DNA of 64,000 nt from Spirochaetia bacterium (GTDB lineage: Bacteria > Spirochaetota > Spirochaetia > SZUA-6 > Bin103), in contig OZ241863.1 in the NCBI GenBank assembly GCA_965203055.1, forward strand, positions 3,552,001-3,616,000, read 5' to 3'. The number at the start of each line of letters is the position of its first letter. Position 1 is the stretch's first letter. The translations under genes and the position numbers were made by a program. Of the stretch, positions 1-11,000 are shown piece by piece. The notes below the pieces were generated by a model, which saw nothing but the letters and a program-made list of their open reading frames with translations, was not told the origin of the DNA and did no database searches.

Positions 1-247
1 ACTGCTCGGAGGTTTCTTCAGTAGCTACGGCCACGAACACCGATGGCTTGTCGAGAAAGGAACTGAGCTCCAGCCGGTTCCGGGCATGTCGGTTCCCTCC
101 GCGGAAGCCGTACAGGAGCTCACCCAGAACGAACACCGACATGAGCACCCTCTCGGCCCTGCCAAGCGCTTCCAACACGTCCGAGTTCCCGCGACGATAG
201 GCACTGTACGCGTTGGTATCGAGCATGATCGACTTCATATCGATCAT
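1..247 (-). CDS. vapC: PIN-domain toxin (VapC family), partial, runs off left edge
   Basis: Not in ORF track. Manual translation from ATG 247 (TAATG overlap with antitoxin stop) gives MIDMKSIMLDTNAYSAYRRGNSDVLEALGRAERVLMSVFVLGELLYGF, with PIN motifs LDTN and VLGELLYG. Confidence 0.9.
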   Translation of the reverse strand, partial: MIDMKSIMLDTNAYSAYRRGNSDVLEALGRAERVLMSVFVLGELLYGFRGGNRHARNRLELSSFLDKPSVFVAVATEETSEQ

Positions 248-501
248 TACCATTCGTCGGGCGCTACGTGTTCAAGATCCGCCAGCCGGTGTTTGAAGCG
301 TCGATATTCTTCCTCGGACCAGCCGCCAAACAGGTCCTCGAAATCTGCCCGTCTATCGACCACGGCAGGTTTCTCTAGACCAAGCGATGCACGCAGCAGT
401 CGCTTTACCAACCGGTTGATCGATATCCCCTCCCGCCGGGCATGTAATGCCAGCTCGTTGGCGAGATCGTCGTCGAGCTTATGTATGGTGATCGATTTCA
501 T
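247..501 (-). CDS. vapB: Ribbon-helix-helix antitoxin (VapB/FitA-like)
   Basis: 84 aa, N-terminus MKSITIHKLDDDLANELALHARREGISINRLVKRLL is RHH-like; translationally coupled to the PIN gene. Confidence 0.85.
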   Translation of the reverse strand: MKSITIHKLDDDLANELALHARREGISINRLVKRLLRASLGLEKPAVVDRRADFEDLFGGWSEEEYRRFKHRLADLEHVAPDEW

Positions 502-538
502 GGTTCATATGATAGCCGCAAAGTGGTTCATAGCGCAA
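501..538 (-). promoter_or_regulatory. Leaderless vapBC promoter with direct-repeat operator
   Basis: TTGCGC (538-533), 18 nt, TATCAT (514-509), 7 nt, ATG; TATGAACCA repeated at 501-509 and 524-532. Confidence 0.6.
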
Positions 539-586
539 GCGGCGGGCTACGTGCTTCATGCCGCGCCGGCGGGCACGGCCCGGACA

Positions 587-910
587 TCATTCTCGCCGGC
601 ACTCTGCATACTCTACCTCACTCGTTTCATAATCTATATCCCTCGACAACGAAGGTGTTTGATCGGCAGACAAGTCCAATCTGTATTCGATCCCTACTCT
701 ATAAAGTGGTCTTCCACATCTTGGACAATTCAGATCATCACTAGGCAATATGGCTTCATCTTTGAAGACACCGTCAAGAATCCACCCTTGCCAAGCACAT
801 GAATCTTCTTCAACTGCACAAACCGCATAGCTCACCCATGCGTGAGTAGGTTGCTCTATTTGATCACATGACAGCTCAATAAGACCACGATATTTCTGCG
901 GAAATGGCAT
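587..910 (-). CDS. Hypothetical Cys-rich protein (possible Zn ribbon)
   Basis: 107 aa ORF in lower-GC DNA, with CPRC plus additional Cys; 5 nt downstream of the 916-1695 ORF. Confidence 0.65.
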   Translation of the reverse strand: MPFPQKYRGLIELSCDQIEQPTHAWVSYAVCAVEEDSCAWQGWILDGVFKDEAILPSDDLNCPRCGRPLYRVGIEYRLDLSADQTPSLSRDIDYETSEVEYAECRRE

Positions 911-915
911 TCGTT

Positions 916-1695
916 CTAATCCAACGGCCTCCGCGTATCATTCGGTAACCATATGCTGGAAACAATGGCAGCGGGACCCTCGTCCTCCGTATGATCTTCA
1001 TAGTCTTCAGGTGACAGCATGACGGTACCTCTTTCTTCTGTCGCGACACTGTGTTCGTTGCTCGCAAGGTCACGATAGACATTGATTCTGAAATCGTGCG
1101 TTTGACAGTCCGAACCAACAAGATCACGAATGAGATATTGATCCTCACGAATGAGAGTACGACTGATCGGCAATAGTGATTGTCGTTCAACTCTTGCCTT
1201 GAAGACTTCGATCAATTCATCAGCGCTATCCGAGCGCAAATCATGAATCAAGCTCTCGGCGGGAGTCGATACCCACAACCGGGCTTGGACCGGAGCACTG
1301 CTTCGGTCCATATGCGGTGTGTATAGCTGGTAGGTATCCTGCGTTTCTCCGGTAGCGAATAGCTGGCCGTCTGGCCGACTACGATATATGTTGATCCTGA
1401 AGTACAGTTCAGAGTCACTGACGAATATCATGTACTGAGATTCCAGGGACGCCTCAATCGGAGACTCCATGTCACTTGATGTCGAGTTGTGCAACGTCCA
1501 AAGGCTCTCCTGGGCAATTGATTCTTTCCAGCAGACCTCAGGAACGACAGTCTCCAGAGGGCGTAATCGATAAGTTCGCAGATGCTCACAGGTACCGAAT
1601 GACGTGCCGTGCTGATCTTTGTAGACGTCAGTCCGGAGATCATTGGAGGCTGTTCGTCCCTGGAGATGCTGGCCGACCAGGGTACTGATTGTCAT
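916..1695 (-). CDS. Hypothetical protein with three internal ~85-aa repeats
   Basis: Start at ATG 1695 (TATAGT 7 nt upstream); repeated cores LRTDVYKD / FRINIYRS / FRINVYRD. Confidence 0.7.
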   Translation of the reverse strand: MTISTLVGQHLQGRTASNDLRTDVYKDQHGTSFGTCEHLRTYRLRPLETVVPEVCWKESIAQESLWTLHNSTSSDMESPIEASLESQYMIFVSDSELYFRINIYRSRPDGQLFATGETQDTYQLYTPHMDRSSAPVQARLWVSTPAESLIHDLRSDSADELIEVFKARVERQSLLPISRTLIREDQYLIRDLVGSDCQTHDFRINVYRDLASNEHSVATEERGTVMLSPEDYEDHTEDEGPAAIVSSIWLPNDTRRPLD

Positions 1696-1810
1696 CGCGG
1701 ATACTATAGCATGGCATGAGACGGCGCGCTCAATCTGACCGGCGCGCGTTGACGGTTGCTGCTTGGCGCTCCATGATCCGGGGAATGGACGCGCGGCGAC
1801 GAGGAGCGGA

Positions 1811-2785
1811 GTGATGCTCGATGGCCGGCCCGGCGCAGGTTCGTCGTCCGGGGAACGCGCCCGGGAGGTGAGCGTGGTGCGGGTGCGGGGGGCGGCGGGC
1901 TGCCGCCGGAACGACCTGCTCACGGTGGAGGAGCCGCTGGAGATCCGCGTCTGCCACGCCGGCGGGGCGGCCGCGGACGGCGAGCGCAGCGTGGCCGTGA
2001 CCATGCGCACGCCGGGACACGACCACGAACTGGCGGCGGGATTCCTGTTCTGCGAAGGGTTTTTCAAGTGCCCGGAGGAACTGGAGGGAGTGAGTTACTG
2101 CGGGCGCGAGGGCAACGTGGTGCGCGTCACGCTGACCGGTGCGCCGGTCCGTGCGAACACGCGCGGCGAGGATGCGCGCGGCAACCTCCTGGCGGCGAAT
2201 TCGAGTTGCGGGGTATGCGGCAAGGCATCGATCGACGACGTACTGGCAACGCTGCCCAAACCGGTGGCGCAGACCGCGCGCGGCGCTGCCGCCCCCGCGG
2301 TGCCGGCGGCGGTCCTGCACCGGCTGCCGGAGGAGCTGCGGCGCCACCAGCGCACCTTCGCGCAGACCGGCGGCCTGCACGCCGCGGCGCTGTTCGAGCC
2401 GGACGGCCGGCTGCAGCTTCTGCGCGAGGACGTGGGACGGCACAACGCCCTGGACAAGTTGATCGGCCGCGCGGTGCTGGAGGCGCGGCTGCCGCTGCCG
2501 GAAGCGGTGGTGCTGTTCAGCGGGCGCACCGGCTTCGAGCTGGTGCAGAAGGCCGCCTGCGCCGGGATCCGCTTTCTGGCCGCGGTGGGGGCGCCGTCCA
2601 GTCTGGCGTGCGAGTTGGCCGGCGAGCTCGGCATCACCCTGGTGGGGTTCCTGCGCGGCGGGCGCTTCAACATCTATACGGGCGCGCAACGGGTGACCGG
2701 CATCGCCGGCGCCGAGCCGGCGCGCGGCGCTACTCCTGCGCCGGCGGCCGGTTCTGCACGAACTGGAAGCCGAACCGGCCCTTGA
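1811..2785 (+). CDS. fdhD: Formate dehydrogenase accessory sulfurtransferase FdhD
   Basis: VEEPLEI, MRTPG, SSCGVCG, TGGLHAAA, EDVGRHNALDK motifs; GAGGAG RBS before GTG 1811. Confidence 0.95.
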   Translation: MMLDGRPGAGSSSGERAREVSVVRVRGAAGCRRNDLLTVEEPLEIRVCHAGGAAADGERSVAVTMRTPGHDHELAAGFLFCEGFFKCPEELEGVSYCGREGNVVRVTLTGAPVRANTRGEDARGNLLAANSSCGVCGKASIDDVLATLPKPVAQTARGAAAPAVPAAVLHRLPEELRRHQRTFAQTGGLHAAALFEPDGRLQLLREDVGRHNALDKLIGRAVLEARLPLPEAVVLFSGRTGFELVQKAACAGIRFLAAVGAPSSLACELAGELGITLVGFLRGGRFNIYTGAQRVTGIAGAEPARGATPAPAAGSARTGSRTGP

Positions 2786-3665
2786 TGCAGAGGTGGCCGC
2801 TGGTAACCGAGTGGTCCTCCGGCGACGTCACCTTCACGATCTCCTGCTCCTGGACGTGCAGATCCAGATTGCAGCCCACCCCGCAATAGGGACAGACGGT
2901 GCGCGTCACGCTCTGCCGTGACTCGTCCCAGGTACCCTGTTCGCGGTGGTCGTACTCGCTCTTGAACATCAGCGCGCCGGTGGGGCACACGCCGATGCAG
3001 TTGCCGCAGTAGACGCAGGCCGAGTCGGGCAGCGGGCGCTCGAATTCGGTGGCGATGCGGGCGTCGAAGCCGCGCCCGGCCACCGCTATGGCGAAGGTGT
3101 TCTGGGCGTCCTCGCCGCATGCTTCCACGCACTTGTAGCAGAGGATGCAACGCTTGTAGTCGCGCACGTAGAGGTCGTCCTGGACCTTGACCGGCTGGCC
3201 GACGGTAGCCGCGGCGCGCCCGTCGGGGTCGGCATGGTGACCGGCGTGCCGCTGCTCCCGTTCCCCGGCCGCGGCGGCCGGCGCCGGCGGCCCGAAGCGC
3301 TCCGGTTCGGCGCCGTACCGCTCCTGCCAATGGCCTAGCGCGGCGTCGGCCCGGGTCAGGTCCACCGACGAAGCGAGCAGCTCCAGCACCAGGCGGCGGC
3401 TGCGGCGCACCCGTTCGGAGTCGGTGCGCACCTGCATGCCGGCGGCCGCGGCGCGGGCGCAGGCCGGCACCAGGGCGCGCGCCCCCTCCAGCTCCACCAC
3501 GCATACCCGGCAGGCGTTCACCGGCGTCAGGTTGGCCGCGAAGCAGAGGGTTGGGGTGGCGATGCCGGCCGCCCGGCAGGCATCCAGGATCGTCGCCCCC
3601 TCGCGCACCTGCACCGCGGCACCATCCACCGTCAATTCCACCGTGCGGGCCGCATCCGTCATCAT
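2730..3665 (-). CDS. Formate dehydrogenase Fe-S subunit (2Fe-2S, ferredoxin-type 4Fe-4S clusters and molybdopterin 4Fe-4S domain)
   Basis: PTLC..ACRVC, CILCYKCVEAC, CVYCGNCIGVCP, CPYCGVGC...LCIKGRFG. Confidence 0.9.
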   Translation of the reverse strand: MMTDAARTVELTVDGAAVQVREGATILDACRAAGIATPTLCFAANLTPVNACRVCVVELEGARALVPACARAAAAGMQVRTDSERVRRSRRLVLELLASSVDLTRADAALGHWQERYGAEPERFGPPAPAAAAGEREQRHAGHHADPDGRAAATVGQPVKVQDDLYVRDYKRCILCYKCVEACGEDAQNTFAIAVAGRGFDARIATEFERPLPDSACVYCGNCIGVCPTGALMFKSEYDHREQGTWDESRQSVTRTVCPYCGVGCNLDLHVQEQEIVKVTSPEDHSVTSGHLCIKGRFGFQFVQNRPPAQE

Positions 3666-5558
3666 TTACCGTCCCTCCTGTTCCAGGAGCCCCAGGGCCA
3701 GCGCCGACTGCAGCGCCCCGGCCGCGGTGTGCCCCAACGCGCAGATCGACGCGTCGCCCATCACCTGCGCCAGATCCTCCAGCAGCGCCCGCTCGCGGCC
3801 GCCGCCGGTCCGGCACAGGCGCGCCAGCGACTCCTCCTGGCGCACCGTCCCCACCCGGCACGGCACGCACTGGCCGCACGACTCGTCGCGGAAGAAGCGC
3901 GCGATGCGGCGCACGACGCCGGGGAAATCGGTCGCCGGCGCAAACGGCATCACCACCCCCGAACCGAGGGTGGCGCCGATCGCACGGGTGCCTTCGAAGG
4001 TCAGCGGCACGTCCAGGTGCTCGGGACCGACGAAGCTGCCGGCGGCGCCGCCCAGCAGCACGGCGCGCGGCGGGCCGCCGACCGTGCCGCCCGCCAGCTC
4101 CAGGAGCTGCCGCAGGGTGACCCCGAACTCCACCTCGTAGACCCCGGGCACCGCCACCGCGCCCGACAGGCAGAACAGCTTGGTGCCGGTGGACTCGGCG
4201 GTACCGCGCGCGGCATAGGCGCGCCCGCCGGCCAGCACGATCGGCAGCAGGTTGGCCAGCGTCTCGACGTTGTTGATGACGGTGGGCTTGCCGAACAGCC
4301 CGGCCTCGGTGGGATAGGGCGGCTTGCTGCGCGGCTCGCCGCGAAACCCCTCCAGCGAGTTGAACAGGGCGGTCTCCTCGCCGCAGATATACGCCCCGGC
4401 GCCGCGCCGCAGGTCGACGTCGAAGGCCGCGCCCGCGCCCAGGACGTCGCCGCCGAGCAACCCGCGGGCGCGCGCCGCGGCGATGGCGCGCTGCAGGCGC
4501 TCGACGGCCAGGGGGTACTCGCCGCGCACGTACAGATAGCCCTGGGCGGCGCCGGTCGCGAAGCCGGCAATGGTCAGCGCCTCGATCACCGCGAACGGGT
4601 CCTGCTCCATGAGCACCCGGTCCTTGAAGGTGCCCGGCTCCGACTCGTCGGCGTTGCCCACCACGTAGTGGGGGCGCGCCGCGGCGTGGGCCACCGCTTC
4701 CCACTTGGCGGCGGCCGGGAAGGCCGCGCCGCCGCGGCCCAGCAACCGGGAATCGCGCAGCTCGCGCAGCACTCCCTCCGGGCCCAGCTCGAAGGCGCGC
4801 CGCAGGGCGGCGTACCCCCCGCGGCGGCGGTAGTCGTCGATGCTCTCGGGATTCACCGCGCCGACCCGCCGCAGCAGGGTCAGCTCGGCGTCCGCGCCGC
4901 GGCGCGCGGTCTGCGGCGCGGACGCGCGGGTGGCGGCCGAGGCGTCGCCCGCCGCCGGCGCGGCGCCGGCGCTGCCCGCCGCAAGCGCCCCGGCCACCGT
5001 CTCCGCGGCGGCCGGGGCGCTGGTCGTGTGCCGGTCGCCGGCCAGTTGCAGAAATACCGCCGGCGCCCGCTCGCACAGGCCCAGGCACGGGCTCGTCATC
5101 CAGGCGGCGCCCGCGCTGCGGGGGCCTGCGGACGCCGGGTCATGGGCCGGGCCGAGAAGCTGTTCCAGCCGCCGGCAGAGCTGCGCCGCGCCGGCGCCGC
5201 GGCAGACGATGTCGTCGCACACGTGGGCAACGCGCGGCGGCCGTTCCTCGGTGGCCAGCAAGGCGTAGAAGGTAGCCACGCCGTAAGCCTCCGCGGGGGG
5301 CACCTGCAGCCGCCCGCAGACGTAGTCCAGCGCCGCCGGGCTGATCCAGCCGACCTGATCCTGCACCCCGTGCAGCGCCGGCAGCAGCAGGTGCCGCGTG
5401 CCGCGCCGGGCGCGGGCGCCGCCGACCTCGATGCGCCCGCCGGCCGCGGCGCGCTGCAGGTCGGGGCCGGCCGGCGCCGGCACCGCGCCGTCCAGCACGG
5501 CGTCGACCGCGGCGCGCTCGGCGGCGGTCGGCTCCGCGGCGGCGAGGCGCAGATCCAT
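3666..5558 (-). CDS. NAD-binding diaphorase subunit, NuoE-NuoF (FdsG/FdsB-like) fusion
   Basis: N-terminal ATFY..C..C/CLGLC; GRGGAAFP, NADESEPGTFKDR, GAGAYICGEETAL, ESCGQCVPCRVG. Confidence 0.93.
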   Translation of the reverse strand: MDLRLAAAEPTAAERAAVDAVLDGAVPAPAGPDLQRAAAGGRIEVGGARARRGTRHLLLPALHGVQDQVGWISPAALDYVCGRLQVPPAEAYGVATFYALLATEERPPRVAHVCDDIVCRGAGAAQLCRRLEQLLGPAHDPASAGPRSAGAAWMTSPCLGLCERAPAVFLQLAGDRHTTSAPAAAETVAGALAAGSAGAAPAAGDASAATRASAPQTARRGADAELTLLRRVGAVNPESIDDYRRRGGYAALRRAFELGPEGVLRELRDSRLLGRGGAAFPAAAKWEAVAHAAARPHYVVGNADESEPGTFKDRVLMEQDPFAVIEALTIAGFATGAAQGYLYVRGEYPLAVERLQRAIAAARARGLLGGDVLGAGAAFDVDLRRGAGAYICGEETALFNSLEGFRGEPRSKPPYPTEAGLFGKPTVINNVETLANLLPIVLAGGRAYAARGTAESTGTKLFCLSGAVAVPGVYEVEFGVTLRQLLELAGGTVGGPPRAVLLGGAAGSFVGPEHLDVPLTFEGTRAIGATLGSGVVMPFAPATDFPGVVRRIARFFRDESCGQCVPCRVGTVRQEESLARLCRTGGGRERALLEDLAQVMGDASICALGHTAAGALQSALALGLLEQEGR

Positions 5559-7456
5559 CAGCGCGCCGCCAGCTTGTCGATGCGCACCGCGGTGGCCTTG
5601 AACTCGGCGGTGCCCGACTTGCGGTCCCAGGCATCGATGGTGAGCAGGTTGGTATCCACCTGGTCGGGAAAGTGAAGGGTCATGAATACCAGCCCCGGGC
5701 GCAGCCCGCCGGTGTAGCGGGCGGTGACTTCGAGGCTGCCGCGGCGCGAACTCACCTGCACCCGTTCGCCGTCGGCCACCCCCAGGCGGCGGCCGTCCGC
5801 CGGACAGATGTCGAGCGCGGCCGCGCGCCGGAGCGGCGAGCGGAAGCCGCCGCTCTGCACCCCGGTGTTGTAGGAATCGAGCGTGCGGCCGGTGGTCAGG
5901 CGCAACGGGAATTGATCATCCAGCGCATCCACCGGCGGCTGGTGCGCTACCGGATGGAACGGCGCCGGCGGCCCCTCCAGCGGCGTCCGCCACAGGCGCC
6001 CGTGCAGGAACTGGCTGCCGGGATCCTGCTCATCGGCGCATGGCCACTGGATGCCGCCCAGCTCCTCCAGCCGCGCGTAGCTCATGCCGGCGTGCATCGG
6101 CGACAGCGAACGCAGCTCATCCCATACCTGCCGCGCGGCCGGCGCGCCCCAGTCGTGCCCGAGGCGCGCGGCCAGGGCGCACAGTATCGCCACGTCGTCG
6201 CGCGCCTGCCCCGGCGGCTCAAGCGCCTTGCGCACCCGCTGGACGCGCCGCTCGCTGCTGGTAACGGTGCCCTCCGTCTCCGCCCAGGAGGCCGCCGCCG
6301 GCAGCACCACGTCGGCCAGCTCGGCGGTGCGGGTGAACAGGATGTCCTGCACGATGAGGTGGTCCAGACCGCCGAGCAGCGCCCGCGCCCGCGTCGCGTC
6401 GGCCTCCGACTGCGCCGGGTTTTCGCCGATGACGTACAGCGTCGTGAGCTCGCCGCGCTCCATCGCTTCGAACATGAGCGACAGATGCCAGCCGGCGCGC
6501 GCCGGCAGCGCGCAGCCCCAGGCGGCCTCGAACCGGGCGCGCAGCGCCGCGTCCTCCACGTCCTGAAAGCCGGGCAGCTTGTTCGGTATCGCTCCCATGT
6601 CGCCCCCGCCCTGGACGTTGTTCTGCCCGCGCAACGGATTGAGCCCCGAACCGTAGCGCCCCACGTGGCCGGTCAGGAGGCCGAGGTTGATCAGCGCCAA
6701 CACGTTGTCCACGGCGTTGTGGTGTTCGGTGATGCCCAGGGTCCAGCAGAGCTGGGCGCGGTCGGCGGTGGCATAGGCGTGGGCCAACTCGCGGATGGCG
6801 GCGCGCGGCACGCCGGTCAGCGCTTCGCCCCGCTCCAGGGTGAACGGCTCCACCGAGCGCCGATACTCCTCGAAGCCCGCGGTGGCGTGCTCGATGAAGG
6901 CCCGGTTCTCCAGCCCGGCGGCAATGATCTCGCGGCCCACCGTGTTGGCCAGCGCCACGTCGGAGCCGACGTCCAGGCCCAGCCACAGATCCGCCCACTG
7001 CGCGGAACCGGTGCGGCGGGGGTCGACGGCGATCATGCGCGCCCCGCGCCGGATCCCCTTGAGCACGTGGTGGAAGTAGATCGGATGGGTCTCGCGGGCG
7101 TTGGAGCCCCACAGGATGATCAGGTCGGTGTCCTCGATCTCCTGATACGAACTGGTACCGCCCCCGGCGCCAAATACCGCCGCCAGACCGACGACGCTCG
7201 GCGCGTGTCAGGTGCGGTTGCAGCTATCGATGTTGTTGCTGCCGACCGCCGCCCGGGCGAACTTCTGGGCCAGGAAGTTCATCTCGTTGGTGGCCTTGGA
7301 GCAACTGAACAGCCCGAACGAACGGGTGGGGCCGCGTTCGATGGCCGCGCGCAGGCCCTGCGCCGCCCGTTCCAGTGCCTGTTCCCAGCTCGCCGGGCGG
7401 AGCTTGCCGCCGCTGCGCACCAGTGGCTCGGTGAGTCGCGTGTATGACTGTGCCAT
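5558..7456 (-). CDS. fdhF: Selenocysteine-containing formate dehydrogenase catalytic (molybdopterin) subunit
   Basis: ORFs 7208-7456 and 5558-7066 are in frame and joined through one TGA (7208-7210) at the Mo-ligand site DSCNRT-U-HAPS; PLRGQNNVQG present. Confidence 0.9.
7178..7210 (-). promoter_or_regulatory. Bacterial SECIS element (UGA plus downstream hairpin)
   Basis: UGA CAC GCG CCG AG CGUCGUC-GGUCU-GGCGGCG; loop G at +19, as in the E. coli fdhF SECIS. Confidence 0.75.
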
Positions 7457-7578
7457 GATCTTGCCGCGCCCACTCTACCGGGTAGCGCCCGCGCGGTCTA
7501 TCGGGTAGCCGGGTGGCCTGGTGGCCTAGTGGCGGCCTCGATCAGTTGACGGATGCGGAATCGGTGCGGCATGTTTGA

Positions 7579-9711
<2,133 letters not shown>

Positions 9712-9734
9712 GCGCAGCGCGGCGCGCGCCGTAG

Positions 9735-11000
9735 TCAGTCGGCGTTCGGCCAGGGAGCGATCGTTCCGTTGGCGGCGCAGGCCGGCAGGTAGCCGCTCTC
9801 CTGAGTGAGCGCGGCGCCTCCGGCGCGCGCCCGGTCCACGGCCGCGCGGCTGAGCAGCAGGGTTTCCAGGGCCAGGGTGTTGCGGATGCGCACTGCCGCC
9901 GCCTCCTGCGCGGCAGTGCCGCAGGTGCGCACCGCCCACTGCAGCGCTTCGGCGTCGCTCGCCGCTGCCAGCGGCATGCGGCCGCGCTCCAGGAAGGTGC
10001 TGGTGAGCACGTTGGCGTTGGTGACCGCGTGGTCCACCTGCTGCCGGCAGCGGCTGGTGGTGACGTCGGCCAGACCGATGCCGAGCGCGTTGCCATGCGA
10101 CGCCGCGCTCAGGCCGAGCACCACGATACGGCGCACCTGCGGGGCCTCCGGTTCCGCGACGCCGGCGATGCCGATCCGTCCGATCACGTTGGTGTCCATG
10201 CCGGTGCCGCTGATCTCCTTGCCGATCTCGTCCACGACCAGCAGGTCGATCCGCTCCAGCGGCAGCCCCGCCATGCGGCGGCGGGCCAGCGCCAGACACT
10301 CCGCTTCCCGCGCCGGGATGTCGGCGGCGCGCGCTGCGCGCACCGCGGCGGTCTGCTCGCGGCCATCCTCCACCAGCGCCACGCCGCCCAGCAGCTTGCC
10401 GGACGCCAGCACCACGTCGAATGCGGGCCGGATCAGGTGCGCCAGCCCGTGCACGCCGTGAAAGTGGACGGCCTCGGCGCCGGCGCGCTTGCCAAGCCCG
10501 ATCACCGCCATCTTGATCAGGCCGCTCTCCACCGGTCCGTGGAAGTCGGTGTGCGGCTTGACGCGGTTGACCACCAGCACGGCGTCCGCCTGCCAGGCGT
10601 TGCGATCCATGAACACGCGCACCGCCGGCTCGCCGGCGCTGCCCAGCTCCACCGCCTCCATGGTGGCGCGCACCGGCGCGCCCATCGCTTGCGGCGTGAT
10701 CCCCCAGCCGGCCAGCACCGCGCGCTGCCCGGCGGCCGTGGCGCCGCCGTGGCTGCCCATGGCCGGCACGATGAACGGTTCGGCGCCGCGCCGGCGCAGC
10801 CAGTCCACGACGCGGCGCGCCGCCAGCGCGTAGTTGGCCACCCCGCGGCTGCCCAGGCCAACCGCGATGCGCCGCCCGGCAACGTCGCCGGCGCGAAACG
10901 TATCGGCCAGCGACCGCTCCACCGCGGCCCCCACGTCGGCCAACGCCGCGCTTGGCAGGCGGCGGCTGAAGCGCGCCAAGCGCGGTAGCTCCTGCTGCAT
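9735..11000 (-). CDS. LarA/DUF362-like (lactate racemase N-terminal domain) protein
   Basis: AVGLGSRG, PAMGSHGGAT, NRVKPHTDF, GKEISGTGMDTNVIGR; ATG overlaps murB TGA. Confidence 0.8.
   Translation of the reverse strand: MQQELPRLARFSRRLPSAALADVGAAVERSLADTFRAGDVAGRRIAVGLGSRGVANYALAARRVVDWLRRRGAEPFIVPAMGSHGGATAAGQRAVLAGWGITPQAMGAPVRATMEAVELGSAGEPAVRVFMDRNAWQADAVLVVNRVKPHTDFHGPVESGLIKMAVIGLGKRAGAEAVHFHGVHGLAHLIRPAFDVVLASGKLLGGVALVEDGREQTAAVRAARAADIPAREAECLALARRRMAGLPLERIDLLVVDEIGKEISGTGMDTNVIGRIGIAGVAEPEAPQVRRIVVLGLSAASHGNALGIGLADVTTSRCRQQVDHAVTNANVLTSTFLERGRMPLAAASDAEALQWAVRTCGTAAQEAAAVRIRNTLALETLLLSRAAVDRARAGGAALTQESGYLPACAANGTIAPWPNAD

Noticed and set aside
7208..7210. Nonsense mutation making fdh a pseudogene
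   Set aside because: The TGA is exactly at the Sec/Cys ligand position, the frame continues and a SECIS-like hairpin follows.
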